Source of the DNA: Squalus acanthias
Lineage: Eukaryota
Length of the DNA stretch: 64,000 nt
Direction of reading: 5' to 3'
Assembly: GCA_030390025.1 (NCBI GenBank)
Contig: CM059431.1
Coordinates: 154,940,001-155,004,000 of the forward strand
Below are positions 1 through 13,375 of the stretch, one piece after another. Within the stretch, counting starts at the first letter, position 1, and each line of letters starts with the position of its first letter. The notes beneath the pieces were generated by a model that was not told the DNA's origin, made no database searches, and saw only the letters and a list, made by a program, of their open reading frames with translations. The translations under genes were made by a program, and so were the position numbers.

Positions 1-1607
1 CAGAAGCCAGTTTCCAGCCAATTCGATTCAGTCCACATGATATCAAAAAAAGGCTTAGCGCACTGGATACAACAAAGACTATGGGCCCCGAAAACAGCCC
101 GGCTATCGTGCTGCAGAATTGGCCGCAACTCTAGTCAAGCTGTTCCAATGCAGCTACAACACTGGCATCTATCCGACAATTTGGAAAACTATCCAGGAAT
201 GTCCTGTCCGCAAAAAGCAGGACAAATCCATACCGGCCAATTGACGCCCCATCGGTCTACTGTCAATCATCAGCAAAGTGATGGAAGGTTTCATCGACAG
301 TGCTATCAAGCGGCACTTACTCACCAATAACCTGCTCACTGATGCCCAGTGTGGGTTCCAACAAGATCACTCGGATCCCGACCTCATTACAGCCTTGTTC
401 CAAACATGGACAAACGAGCTGAATTCCAGAGGTGAAGTGAGAGTAACTGCCCTTGACATCAAGGCTGCATTTGACTGGATGTGGCATCAAGGTCCCCTAG
501 TAAAATTTCAGTCAATGGGAATCGGAGGGAAAACTCTCCACTGGCTGGAGTCATACCTAGCACAAAGGCAGATGGTTGTGGTGCTTGAAGTTCAATCATC
601 ACAAGCCCCAGGACATCGCTGCAGGTGTTCCTCAGGGAAGGTCCGAGGCACAACCATCTTCAGCTGCTTCATCAATGACATTTGCTCCAACCTAAGAGCA
701 GAAATGGGGCTGTTAGCTGATGTCTGCACAGTGTACAGCGCCATTCACAACTCCTCTGATAAGGCAGCAGTTCATGCCCGCATGCAACATGACTTGGACG
801 ACGTTCAGGTTTGGGCTGATCAGTGGCAGGTAACATTCGCGCCATAGAAGTGCCAGGCAATGACTATCTCCAAATTGCGAGAGTGTAACCACCAACCCTT
901 GACTTTCAACGGCATTACCATCGCTGAATCCCCAATCATCACCATTGACCAGAAACTTAACTGGACTAGCCACATGAATACTTTACCAACAAGCGCAGGT
1001 CAGAGGCTAGGTATTCTGCGGCGAATTTCTCACCTCCTGATTAACCAAAGCCTTTCCAACATCTACAATGCGCAAGTAGAGGAGTGTGATGTAATACTCT
1101 CCTCTTCCTTGGGTGAGTGCAGCTCCAACAACACTCAAGAAGCTCGACACCATCCAGGACAAAGCAGCCCGTTTGATTGGCACCCCATCCAGCATCTTAA
1201 ACAATCACTCCCTCCACCACCGGCGTACCGTGGCTGCAATGTGTATCATCTATGAGATGCACAGCAACAGCTCGCCAAGGCTTCTTTGGCATCACCTCCC
1301 AAACCCGCGACCTCTTCCAAGTAGAAGGACAAGGGCAGCAGGCGCATGGGAACACCACCACCTCCAAGTTCCCCTCCAAGTCACACATCATCCAAACTTA
1401 GAAGTATATCGCCGATCCCTCATCGTCGCTGGGACAAAATCCTGGAACTCCCTACCTAACAGCAGTGTGGGAGTACTTTCACCACACAGAGTGCAGCGGT
1501 TCAAGAAGGCGGCTCACCTCCACCTTCTCAAGGGCAATTATAGATGGGCAATAAATGCTGGCCTTGCCAGCGACGCCCACATCGCATAATCGAATATAAA
1601 AAAAAAG
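1..1607 (+). mobile_element. 3' part of a CR1/L2-group non-LTR retrotransposon (RT domain, C-terminus, 3' UTR, poly-A tail); degenerate, runs off the left edge
   Basis: Frameshifted ORFs 278-847, 860-1255 and 1113-1589 carry RT motifs (QCGFQ..HS, VTALDIKAAFD.MWH, FSCFINDI, LADVCTVY, WADQWQVTF). The 3' UTR GGGCAATAAATGCTGGCCTTGCCAGCGACGCCCACATC is followed by an A-run at ~1597-1606. Confidence 0.9.
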
Positions 1608-1609
1608 TG

Positions 1610-4600
1610 TTTACATTTTCCTACGTTTAACGTTCCCTATATTTGTTGTTTCCTCTGTTTATTTTCCCGATATTTAAAGTTACTGCTTTTACTGTTTCTT
1701 CTGTTTCTCCTTACCTATGCTTCGTGTTTCTTTTGTTTCCTCTTTCCTATGTTTATTGTTTCCTTTGTTTACTATTTCTTATGTTTCGTGTTACCTAAGT
1801 TTTCTGCATCTGATATTTGGAGTTTGTTATGCTTCCTATTTCCCAGGTTTACTTTTTCCAATCTTTTATATTCCCTATGGTTAGGTCTCACTTGTTTACT
1901 GTTTCCTCTGTTTCCCGCTCCCTCTGTTTACTGTTTCCTATGATTAGTTTTTCTTATATTTACTGTTTCTTATATTTGCTGTTTCTTATGTTTACTGATT
2001 CTTGTGTTTCATGTTTCCTATGATTTAATATTTCTTATATATCCTGCTTCCTCTGATCACCATTCCCTATGATACCCGTTTCTGCTGATTCTGTTTCCTA
2101 TGTTTACTGTTACCTCTGTTTCCTCTTTTCTTTATTTTTTACTGTTTCCTTACGTAACATTTTATGTTCCCGTTTCCTATATCTTCGTTGTCCTGTATTT
2201 CCTCTTTAATATGATTACAGTTTCCGATGTTTCCTTTCGGTTTTACTGTTTCTCATGTGTCATGTTTCCAATGTTGACTCGTTCCTATATTTGCATTTTA
2301 TTATGTTGTCTTTTTCTTATATTTCATGTTTCAAAAATTACTATTTCTTATGTTTCTGTTTACTATGGTTACTGCTTCTTTAATTGCTCTTTCCTACATT
2401 TTATGTTTCTTCTGTTTGCTGTGTACTATGTTTTGTCTTTCCAACATTTACTCGTCGTTATGTTTCCTCTTTCCCTTTTTTGCTCTTTCCTAAGTTTCCT
2501 GTTTCTTTTGTTTCCTTTTTCCTGCGGTTACTGTTTCATTTGTTATCTTTTACATATTTCCTCCTTTCTTTTTTTAACTATGTTTACAATTTCACATAGT
2601 GTCCTTCTCCAATGCGAAGTGTTTCTTAGATTTACTTGTTCCTATGCTTCCCATTTCTTATGTTTCCTTCTGCCTATATTTAAATTATGTTTCCAATGTG
2701 AATTGTTTCCTTTGTTTACAATTTCTTATGTTTCCTATTTTCTATGTTTGATGTTTCGTATATTTACTGTTTCTCTGATTTACTGTTTCTTATGTTTCCT
2801 ATTTCGTATGTATCCTGTTTCCGATATTTCCTGTTTCATATATTTCCTGTTGACTATATTTACACTGTGTTATGCATACTGAGTCGTATGTTTAATGTTT
2901 CTTATGTTCCGTCTTTCCTATGCTTACAGTTTATTATCTGTACTTTTTCCTATATTTCCTGTTTCACACTTTCCTTTTTCCTTGTTTCCTGTTTCCTATG
3001 TTTCCTCTTTCCTATGTTTACTGTTCATTATGTTTCCTGTTTGCATTGCTTACAGTTTCCTATATTCCTCATTTTCTTTTTTTGCTCTTTCCACTATTGA
3101 TGCTTTCCTATGTGTCATGTTTTATATGTTTTTCTGATTTCCTATATCTGCTGTTTCTTGTGTACCCTGTTTCCTATTTAATGTTTATGTTTGCTCTTTC
3201 CTATGTTTACTGTTTCCTATGCTTACTGTTTCTTTCGTTTACTGTTTCCTTTTCCTACTGTTTGTTATGTTTCATGGACCATATTTTGCGACCCCTACGG
3301 GTGCGTACGTGATGCGTACACGTCCGTAGGGACCACGCAAGTTCCGGGGTTAGGCATGCGAAGCACATGCTCTAAAATCCGGAACTCGTATCCACAGGAA
3401 AAGTGCCTCTGCGGGTGCAGAGTTGCGCTATTTGCCCAACTTCCGCCCGCTGAATGCCCATTAAATTCACACGCATGGTACAAGCAGGCTTAAGCACTGC
3501 TTTTACCAGCATAAGTATTTTTTTAAAAAGTAAACCTTTAGCACTCATTTATACATTAAAAGCCCTGTTCAATAACGTAAATTTATTTTTAACCCCATTA
3601 AAATATATATTTTTTTCAAAACATTAAATTTGTGATTAAAATAACTAAATTGCATTTTAATTAATTTTAAATATGTAACCTCTTTGTAAATTTATTTTAT
3701 GTGTTCGGTTCTTTTTTTATGCGATCCCCGTTCATATTTATGGGGATTCTGTGCATACGGAACTCCCATAAGTACAAATAGGGATCTCCTTCTTTTATTG
3801 GTTGGGACGGACCACGTGATCCCAGGGGATCCTGCGAACTTTCTCCGCCCCTGGGATATGTGGGCCTCTGCCGCATACCCGGAGAGGCCCAGGATTGCAA
3901 GCCTCCATATCTCCTGGGCCAACCGGTAAATGCGTAGATTTTTTACAGTTCGGAGGCTTACGCTCGCGGGACCTTATTCTGGGCCCTTATTTTCTTTGTT
4001 TCCAGTTTCCTATATTTCCTGTTTCATCTATTTCCTGTTTCAAATGTTTCCTGTTCGTATATTTTATTTTACTTATATTTTCCTGTCTCTTTTGTGTCCT
4101 TTTTCAAATGTTTACTTTTTCTTATTTTTAATGTTTCTTATGTTTCCTCTTTTCCTTTTTGATTTTAATTTTTTAAATTTTTCCTATGATTCCTATTTCT
4201 TATGTTTCCTATTTCTTATGTTTCCTTTTTCCTACGTTTCCTGTTTCCAATATTTCATGTTTCCTGTATTTATTGTTTCTTATATTGACTGCTCAGTATG
4301 TTTAGTTTTTCTGTTGTTTCCTCTGTCTTACGTTTATGAGTTCTTATCTTTCCTGTTTCCTATGATTACTGTTTCTTAGTTTCTTCGTTTTCCTGTTTCC
4401 TGTTTCCTATGGTTGAAATGTCTCATGTTTCCTGTTTCCTATCGTTACTGTTTCTTAGTGTCTTCGTTTTCCTGTTTCCTTTTTCCTATGGTTGAAATGT
4501 CTCATGTTTCCTGTTTCCTATATTTACTATTTCTTATATTTTTCTTTTTTTTATGCTTTCAATGTTGGCTGTTTCCTATGTTTCCTGTTTTCCTATATTT

Positions 4601-5115
4601 CCTGTTTCGTTTGTTTCCTGTTTCCTATATTTACTGTTTACAATTTTGCCTATGATTACTCTTTCCTGTATTTCCGCTTTCCAATGTTTTCTGTTTCCCA
4701 TGTGTCCTCTTTTCTATGTTTCCTATGCTTCTTATTCCTATATTTCCAGTTGCATATGTTTCCTATTTCCTTTTTTTACTGTTTCCTATTTTTGCTGTTT
4801 CGTATGGTTCCTGTTTCCTATGTTTCCTCGATTTAATATGTCCTATGTTGTTTGCCTCCTTTGATCACCGTTACCAATATTTTATGTTTGTTATGATTAC
4901 GTTTCCTATGTTTATTTTATTCTTAAGCTCCCTCTGTCTTATGTTTATGATTTCTCATGTTACCTGTTTCCTATGTTTATTGTTTGTTAGTTTGTCTGTT
5001 TCTTATGTTTCATGATTCCTATATTTACAATGTCTCATGTTTCCTTTGTCCTATTTTTCATGCGTCCTTTGTTTATTGTGTCCTATAATTAATATTTCGT
5101 ATATTTTTCGTTTCC
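1610..5115. repeat. Degenerate T-rich simple satellite built from TTTCCTATG and TTTCCTG/TTTACTG units (~16-bp period), interrupted by a MITE at 3276-3985
   Basis: The motif TTTCCTATGTTTACTG/TTTCCTGTTTCCTATG recurs throughout. The Phe/Leu/Cys-rich ORFs in all three + frames are artefacts. There is a 79-bp internal tandem duplication at ~4366-4520. Confidence 0.9.
3276..3985 (+). mobile_element. Non-autonomous Harbinger-type MITE
   Basis: Ends GGACCATATT...TTCTGGGCC, GC-rich subterminal palindromes and an AT-rich centre. It is homologous (reverse complement) to 24040-24789 and sits as a clean interruption of the T-rich satellite. Confidence 0.7.
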
Positions 5116-5559
5116 TCAACTTTTTGAATTAGCAACAGTGGCAGGGAATGTAAGAGATGGAATTTGACACGGTAATGTAATGGTAAACTTTCCTTTCTAG
5201 CTTAGGTTTACACATTGGTTGATGTGGTCAATTGCACCTCGGCTTCTCAGGATCGGAGCTGGGTGCAGATGCATCACTGACTGACTCAATTGAAACCTCT
5301 GCCTGCTGCTTGGCTCGTTTCTTTAATATTGTTGGACGTATGGATCCAATTAATTGAGAATGCGACTATTACACACAACATACCGTAACTCATAACCACT
5401 TATCCCAGGAGTTGGGTGCCAGCCGGATTGGCGGAGCGTGCACTCCACAGAGACCTGCAACCATGTCGTGTTTGGCTTTTGAAGAATCACGTGTACAGTG
5501 GCAATTTAAGGAGTGTCGGGTTAAGTGGGCACTACATCACAATTAATAAATGAAGCCCG

Positions 5560-6666
5560 TGACAGCAAGGTATTCAATATAGTTCTTGAACATTGGAGTG
5601 AGGTGTCATATACGAAATAGAGAGGGGGATAACAACGGAGTGGATCGTAATATTGATTAAATAATCAATTGCAGCTGTGAAGAAGGAAGATATCTTAGAA
5701 GGATCATCAAATGGGGCATATGATTTGAACTGAAAAACAAAAAAAAGGGGCAATCACACTACTGGGAGTATACTATAGAACTCCTAACAGTCAAAGGGAG
5801 AAAAAAGAGCAAATCTGCTGGCAAATATCTGAGACGTGCAAAAATAGGGCAGAAGTAGTCGGGGATTTCAACTTCCCCAATATTAACTGGGATAAAATAA
5901 ATGTGAAAGACATAGAGGGAGCAGAATTCATAAAATGCATTCAGGAGAACTTTTTTAGCCAGTACGTAGCAAGCCCAACAAGAGAGGGGGCGGTTCTGGA
6001 CCTAGTTTTAGGAATGAAGCTGAGCAGGTGGGAAGGGTATCAGTGGGACAGCATATTGGAGGTAGTAATCATAATGCATTTAAATTCAAGGTAGTTATGG
6101 AAAAGCAAAAGGATATACCAGGAATAAAAGTTCTCAATTGGGGAAAAGTTAATTTGACTAAGCTGAGAAGTGATTTAGCCAAAGTGGGCTGGAGACAGAA
6201 ACTTGAAGGGAAATCAGTGTCAGGACAGTGGGAGGCATTGAAGGAGGAGAATGTGAGCGTTCAGTGCAATTATGTTCCATTTAAGTAAAGGGTGGGACTA
6301 ACAAATCTAGAGCTCCGTGCATGTCCAGGGGCATACAGGCTAGGATACAGAAAAAAAGGGAAGCTTATGACAGATAGTGTGGACTCAATAATGCAGAAAG
6401 CCGAGAGGAGTATAGAAAGTGCAGGGGTAGAATTAAAAAGGAAATTAGGAAAGAAAAGGGAGGGCATGAACATATATTGGCTAGTAAAATCAAGGTAAAC
6501 CCAAAGATGTTTTATAAATACATTAAGAGCAAGATGATAACTAAAGTAAGAGTAGGGCCTATTACGGACAAAAAAGGTAACCTGTGTGTGGAAACGGAAG
6601 ACATGGGTATGGTTCTTAATGAATGATTTGCGTCTGTTTTCAGAAAAGAGGGGTAGGTGCAGACAG
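5560..6666 (+). mobile_element. Old CR1 ORF2 fragment (APE endonuclease and tether region)
   Basis: Peptides EFIKCIQENFFSQYVASPTREGAVLDLVL and VLNWGKVN..LRSDLAKVGW; many stops and frameshifts. Confidence 0.85.
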
Positions 6667-7126
6667 TTTTTACAATTCGTTTTATGGGATGTGGGCGTCG
6701 CTCGCAAGGTCAGCATTTATTGACCAACCCGAATTGCCCTTGAGAAGGTGGTGGTGAGCCGCCACCTTGAGAAGCTGCATTCCGTGTGGTCAAGGTACTT
6801 CCACAGTGCTGTTAGTTAGGGAGTTCCAGTATTTTGACCCAGCGACAATGAAGGATCGGCGATTCACTTCTAATTCTGGATGGGGTGTGACTTGGAGTGT
6901 ATCTTGGAGGCGCTGGTGTTCCCATGCGCCTACTGCCCTTGTCCATCTCGGTGGAATAGATAGCGGGCTTGGGAGGTGCTAACGAAGAAGCCTTGGCGAG
7001 TTGCTGCAGTGCATTTTCTGGATGGTACACACTGCAGACACAGTACGTCTTTGGTGGAGGGAGTGAATGTTTAAGGTGGTGGATCGGGTGCCAATCAAGC
7101 GGGTTTCTTTGTCTTGGAAGGCGTTG
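6667..7126 (-). mobile_element. 3' end of the poly-A-tailed LINE family seen at 1-1607
   Basis: Reverse complement of its 3' UTR (GGGATGTGGGCGTCGCT..CAAGG.CAGCATTTATTG) plus the peptide LNIHSLHQRRTVSAVCTIQKMHCSNSPRLL. Confidence 0.85.
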
Positions 7127-7127
7127 T

Positions 7128-9029
7128 ATAGAAACATAGAAAACATAGCAACATAGGAGCAGGAGAAGGCCTTTCGGCCCTTCGAGCCTGCTTCGCCATT
7201 CAATATGATTATGGCTGATCATCTATCTCAATACCATATTCCTGCTCTCTCCCCATACTCGTTGCTGTCTTTTGTGTCTAGATTTCTATCTATCTCCTTC
7301 TTAAATATATTCAATGACTTGGCCTCCACAGCCTTCTGTGGTAGAGAATTGCACAAGTTCACCACCCTCTGAGTGAAGACATTTCTCCTCATCTCAGTCC
7401 TAAATGTACTACCCCGTATTCTGAGACTGTGACCCCTCGTTCTAGATCCCCCAGCCAGGGGAAAAATGATCCCTGTATCGAGTCTGTACAGCCCTGTCAG
7501 AATTTTATACGTTTCAATGAGATCCCCTCTCATTCTTCTAAACTCTAGTGACTACAGGCCTAGTCGACCCAATCTCTCCTCATACGATAGTCCTGGAATC
7601 CCAGGAATCAGTCTGATGAACCTTTGTTGCACTCCCTCTAGGGCAAGTCTATCCTTTCTTACGTAAGGAGACCAAAACTGCACACAGCACTCCAGGTGTG
7701 GTGTCACCAAGGCCCTGTATAACTGTAGTAAGACATCCTTGCTCCTGTACTCAAATCCTCTTGCAATGAAGGCCAACATACCATGTGCCTACCTAACTGC
7801 TTGCTCCACCTGCATGTTTGCTTTTAATGACTGGTGTACAAGAACTACCAGGTCCCTTTGTACTTCAACATTTCCCAATCTATCACCACTTAAGTAATAC
7901 TCTGCCTTTCTGTTTTTTCTACCGAAGTGGATAACTTCACATTTGTCCACGTTATTCTGCATCTGCCATGTATTTGCCCACTCACTCAACTTGTCTAATT
8001 CGCCTTGAAACCACTTTGCATCCTCTACACAACTCACAATCCCACTTAGTTTTGTGTCGTCAGCAAACTTGGAAATATTACATTTGGTTCCCTCATCCAA
8101 ATCATTGATTTATATTGTGAATAACGGGGGCCCAAGCTCTGATCCCTGCGGTACCCCACTAGTCACCGCCTGCCACCCTGAAAAAGACCCATTTATTCCT
8201 ACTCTCTGTTTCCTGCTAACCAATCTGGAATCCATGCCAATATATTACCAAAATCCCATGTGCTTCAACTTTACACACTAGCGTCTTATGTGGGATTTTA
8301 TCAATGGAGTTCCACTGGTTCTCCCTTATCTATTCTACCAGTTACAGGCTCAAAAATCTCCAGTAGGCTTGTCAAACACGATTTCCCTTTCATAAATCAA
8401 TTTTGACTTTGTCTGATCCCGTTGATATTTTCTAAGTGTCATGTTATCACATCCTTTATAGTAGACTCTCGCATTTTCCCTGCTACTGATATCACGCGAA
8501 CCGGTCTGAAGTTCGGTGTTTCTCTCTCCCTCTTTTTTTAAATTGTGGGGTTACATTCGCCACCCTCCAATCTGCAGGAACTGTTCCATATTCTATAAAA
8601 TTTTGGAAGATGACAACCAATGCATCCTCTGTTTCCATGGCTACCACTTTCAGCACTCTGGGATGCAGATTATCACGCCCTGGGGATTTATCAGCATCCA
8701 GTCCCATTAATTTCTCCAGCACTATTATTTTACTAATACTAATTTCCTTTAATTCTTCCTTCTCACTAGTCCCTTGGTTCCCTAGCATTTCTGGAAAGTT
8801 ATTTGTGTCCTCTTCCTTGAAGACCGAACCAATTTATTTGTTTAAGTGCTCTGCCTTTTCCTCGTTCTCCATTATAAATTCTCCTGTTTCTGACTGTAAG
8901 GGACCTACATTTTCTTCACCAATCTTTTCCTTTTTCCATACTTGTAGAAGGTTTTACAGTCCACGTTTATATTCCTTGTAAGTTTAATCTTATACTCTAT
9001 TTTTTCCCACTTAATCAATGTCTTGGTCC
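7128..9029 (-). mobile_element. CR1 LINE, 3' half (RT, C-terminus, (TTCTATGT)n tail); continues at 15611-15880 beyond a nested CR1
   Basis: Minus-strand ORFs with [35 protein letters not shown] and FTQRVVNL; tail ATAGAAACATAGAAAACATAG at ~7128-7150. Confidence 0.92.
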
Positions 9030-11734
9030 AAATTCCTGAGGCATTGGAACCAGTTCTGGGGGAAGTGGGACCTGTACAAAAGGGACGGTCTGCACTTGGG
9101 CAGGACTGGAACCGATGTCCTCGGGATAATATTTGCTAAAGCAGTTCGGGAGGATTTAAACTAATATGGCAGGGGAATGGGAACCTATGTAGCGAAACAG
9201 GGGGAAGTAATATGCAGTCAGAAACAAATGTTAGAAGGGTGAGAAACAATAGGGGAAGGCCGAGTAAACAAAGGCAAGAAACACAAAGGGCCATACTAAA
9301 TCATAAGTCTAAAAGGACAAGGAATGTTAATAAAACAAGCCTAAAGGCTCTGTGTCTTAATGCAAGGAGTATCCGTAATAAGGTGGATGAATTGACTGTG
9401 CAAATAGATGTTAACGGATACGATGTGATTGGGATTACAGAGACGTGGCTCCAGAACAATCAAGGCTGGGAACTGAACATCCAGGGGTATTAAACATTCA
9501 GAAAGGATGGAATAAAAGGAAAAGGGGGTGCGGTAGCATTGCTGGTTAAAGAGGAGATTAATGCAATAGCTAGGAAGGACATCAGCTTGGAGGATGTGGA
9601 ATCAATATGGGTTGAGCTGCAGAACACCAAAGGGCAGAAAACGTTAGTGGGAGTTGTGTACAGACCTCCAAACAGCAGTAGTGAGGTGGGGGAGGGTATG
9701 AAACAGGAAATCAGAGGTGCGTGCAAAAAAGGCACGGCAGTTATCATGGGTGACTTTAATATGCATATAGATTGGGCTACTCAAACTGGAAGCAATACGG
9801 TGGAGGAGGATTTCCTGGAGTGTTTAAGGGATGGTTTCCTAAACCAATATGTTGAGGAACCAACTCGAGGGGAGGCCATCCTGGACCTGGTGTTGTGTAA
9901 TGAGGAGGGACTAATCAGCAATTTGTGGTACGAGGCCCCCTGGGGAAGAGTGACCATAGTATGGTGGAGTTCTACATTAGGATGGAGAAGGAAACAGTTA
10001 AGTCAGAGACCATGGTCCAGAACTTAAATAAGGGCAACTTTGAGTGTATGAGGCGTGAATTGGCCAGGTTAAATTGGCAAGCGATATTTAAGGGGCTATC
10101 AGTGGAAGGGCAATGGCAGACATTTAGAGATCGCATGGATGAACTACAACAATTGTACATCCCGGTCTGGCGTAAAAATAAAAAAGGGAAGGTGGCTCAA
10201 CCATGGCTAACAAGGGAAATCAGGGATAGTATTAAAACCAAGGAAGTTGCATACAAATTGGCCAGAAGTAGCAGCAAACCCGGGGACTGGGAGAACTTTA
10301 AAACTCAGCAGAGGAGGACGAAGGGTTTGATTAGGGCAGGGAAAATAAAATATGAAAGGAAGCTTGCAGAGAAAATTAAAATGGACTGCAAAAGCTTCTA
10401 TAAATATGTAAAAAGAAAGAGGTTAGTAAAAACAAACGTAGGTCCCCTGCAGTCGGAAACAGGGGAAGTCGTAATGGGGAACAAGGAAATGGCAGATCAA
10501 TTGAACAAGTACTTTGGTTCGGTGTTTACTGTGGAGGACACACAAAACCTGCCGGAAATAAAAGGGGTCAGAGGATCTGGTAAGAGGGAGGAGCTGAGGG
10601 AAATCCTTATTAGTCGGGAAAAGGTATTGGGGAAATTGATGGGACTGAAGGCTGAAAAATCCCCGGGGCCTGATGGTCTGCATCCCAGAGTACTTAAGGA
10701 GGTGGCCTTGGAAGTAGTGGATGCATTGACGATCATTTTCCAACATTCCTTAGACTCTGGATCAGTTCCGATGGAGTGGAGGGTGGCCAATGTAACCCCT
10801 CTTTTTAAAAAAGGAGGGAGGGAGAAAGCAGGGAATTATAGACCGGTCAGCCTGACATCGGTCGTGGGTAAAATGATGGAAGCAATTATTAAAGATGTCA
10901 TAACAGACCATTTGGAAAGTGGCGACATGATAGGTCCAAGTCAGCATGGATTTGTGAAAGGGAAATCATGCTTGACAAATCTTCTGAAAATTTTTCAGGA
11001 TGTTTCCAATAGGGTGGACAGGGGGGAACCAGTAGATGTGGTGTATTTGGACTTTCAGAAGGCCTTCGACAAGGTCCCACACAAGAGATTGGTGAGCAAA
11101 GTTAAAGCACATGGGATTGGGGGTAATGTGTTGACGTGGATTAAGAACTGGTTGGCACACAGGAAACAAAGAGTAGGAGTAAATGGGTACTTTTCAGAAT
11201 GGCAGGCAGTGACCAGCGGGGTACCGCAGGGTTCGGTGCTGGGACCCCAGCTGTTTACATTATGGGCCAGAAATTGATCTGGCTCCGTTCCCGCGGGTGT
11301 AAGGAGCAGGCGCGGTAATACATACCGCGTCTGCGGTCTCGTCTTTTCCACGGAGAAAATTCATCTTCTGGCTGATTGAGTGCAGGGCAGCGTATGACGT
11401 CACACTGCCCTGCAGCGCAGCGTGCGCGTTGCATCGCGTGCGATGTGGAGTGAAGACACGCCCATTAAGGTCTCTTTTCCATAGGCCACGCCCCCGATTT
11501 TCTTCTCCACTGAAACCATTGCACAGCTGCTGAAGACACAGTTTTCTCACTGTTTTAGGTGGAATTTGCAGTAAGTAGGATTTAAATGCATGGTTTTGTA
11601 AACTTTTAAAGATTTTTAGTATAATTTGAGTAATGTTAAACATTTGCAAAGAGATTTAAAGTAATTTAAATAGTTTTAAAAGCACAGAAATAATTTTTTT
11701 CAGAGATTTAACTGTTTATAATCAGCAATTATAA

Positions 11735-11986
11735 ATGGCTGCTATCAGCACTATCCAATTTATCAAAAGAACACAGAATTTCAGTGATGATGATCTCCGT
11801 ACACTTCTTGACGAGGTAGAATCGAAACGTTCACGGATAATTGGAACTCAGAAGTCCAAGCCGCCGCGAAAAGGCCAAATGGCAGCGTGGAAAGAGGTTG
11901 CTCAAAGTGTGAGCGCAACCTCGACCATTCCTCGTACAGCTGATCAATGTCGCAAAAAATTCAGCGATTTATATCGAACGCTGAAG
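11735..11986 (+). CDS. Harbinger Myb/SANT-like (trihelix, NAIF1-like) DNA-binding protein, exon 1; probable 3' exon remnant at 12175-12436
   Basis: KRTQNFSDDDLRTLLDEV..W.EVA..V.....PRTADQCRKKFSDL matches the Myb/SANT-like domain pattern of Harbinger accessory proteins; it ends at a donor AAG|GTTTGT. Confidence 0.85.
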
Positions 11987-12894
11987 GTTTGTATAGTTAT
12001 AACAAAAGTCAATGTTAAAATGTCTTAACATTTAAAATGAAAAGCCTTGAAAAAGTGTTTGTTTGCTAAGCTGAGTTAACTGAAGTCACAAGATGCTTCC
12101 ATAAATTTTTATGGCTTTTGTAGCCAGGCAAGTCTCATAAAATGCTAATGTCATCTTGATTGAAATGCTTTCAGTTGCTTACTGAGTCCTCTTGAAGGAC
12201 TGTTGCAGAAACCCAATGTGGAACTGCAGCTTAGTAAAATAAATGAGTCTCTTGAAGGACTCATGCGAATAATTTCTGCTGCAATTACTGTGACTCCATC
12301 AGAACCAACCTTACCTGCTCCCAGCGCAGAATCAGTGCAGGTCCAAGAGCCACCAACGATGATGCATCAAGAAAGCGCAAGAGACGTTAGGGTGTTGCAT
12401 GTTCCACAATGCACATCCATTGACCCTCAGGAATAGTTTATTTGTGGTTAAATTTTTCAAGTGTTTAATTTTTAGTTTTATTTAAAACTTACATGTTTAC
12501 ATTTTTCTTTATTTATATATATATTTGACACTGAAACTGAAAGTTAGCTTTTCATTGAAAAAGTACAGCCTTTAGTCACTTTATAAAAATTCAAATTGTT
12601 TATTTTCACAAAAAAATTGAACATTTAAACTTGTTTACATTTAGGAAAGAGTTATTTCCCATCTTGAATGTCTTTACTGCATTAACGAAGCAAAAAAGTT
12701 ACTGAGAACTGTTAACAAATTTTTAAAAAAACTATTTCTGTTTACGATTGTTTACAAAGTTGAAAAGTAGCTAGTTAACATTGAAAAGTTATAAACTATG
12801 TAAAGCAACAATGAACCTCAGAAGTCTGTAATGCTGCAATAAAAGAGCACTGTTTCATTTTAAATTGTGTCTGTACCTTTATTTGCCTTGCTGG

Positions 12895-13362
12895 TGGGGA
12901 GGGAGGGGAGGGGGAGGGGGAGGGGGAGCGGGAGGGGGAGGGGGAGAGGGAGAGGGAAGGGGGAGAGGGAGAGGGAGGGGGGGAGGGGGAGAGGGAGGGG
13001 GAGAGGGTGAGGGGGAGAGGGGGAGGGGGAGAGGGAGGGGGAGGGGGAGAGGGAGGGGGAGGGGGAGGGGGAGAGGGAGAGGGAGGGGGAGGGGGAGGGG
13101 GGGGAGGGAGGGGGAGGGGGAGGGGGAGGGGGAGAGGGAGGGGGAGAGGGAGGGGGAGGGGGAGAGGGAGGGGGAGGGGGAGAGGGAGGGGGAGGGGGAG
13201 AGGGAGGGGGAGAGGGAGGGGGAGGGGGAGGGGGAGAGGGAGGGGGAGGGGGAGGGGGAGTGGGAGGGGGAGGGGGAGAGGGAGGGGGTGGGGGAGGGTG
13301 AGAGGGAGGGGGAGGGGGAGAGGGAGGGGGAGAGGGAGGGGGAGAGGGAGGGGGAGCGGGAG
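12895..13362 (+). repeat. Polypurine (GGGGGA/GAGGGA)n hexamer tract
   Basis: About 470 bp of almost pure G/A on the + strand, lying between the two Harbinger genes. Confidence 0.97.
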
Positions 13363-13375
13363 GTACAAGGCGACA

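Noticed and set aside
1749..5015. Hydrophobic Phe/Leu/Cys-rich ORFs resembling multi-pass membrane proteins
   Set aside because: Artefact of the T-rich simple repeat, present in all three frames.
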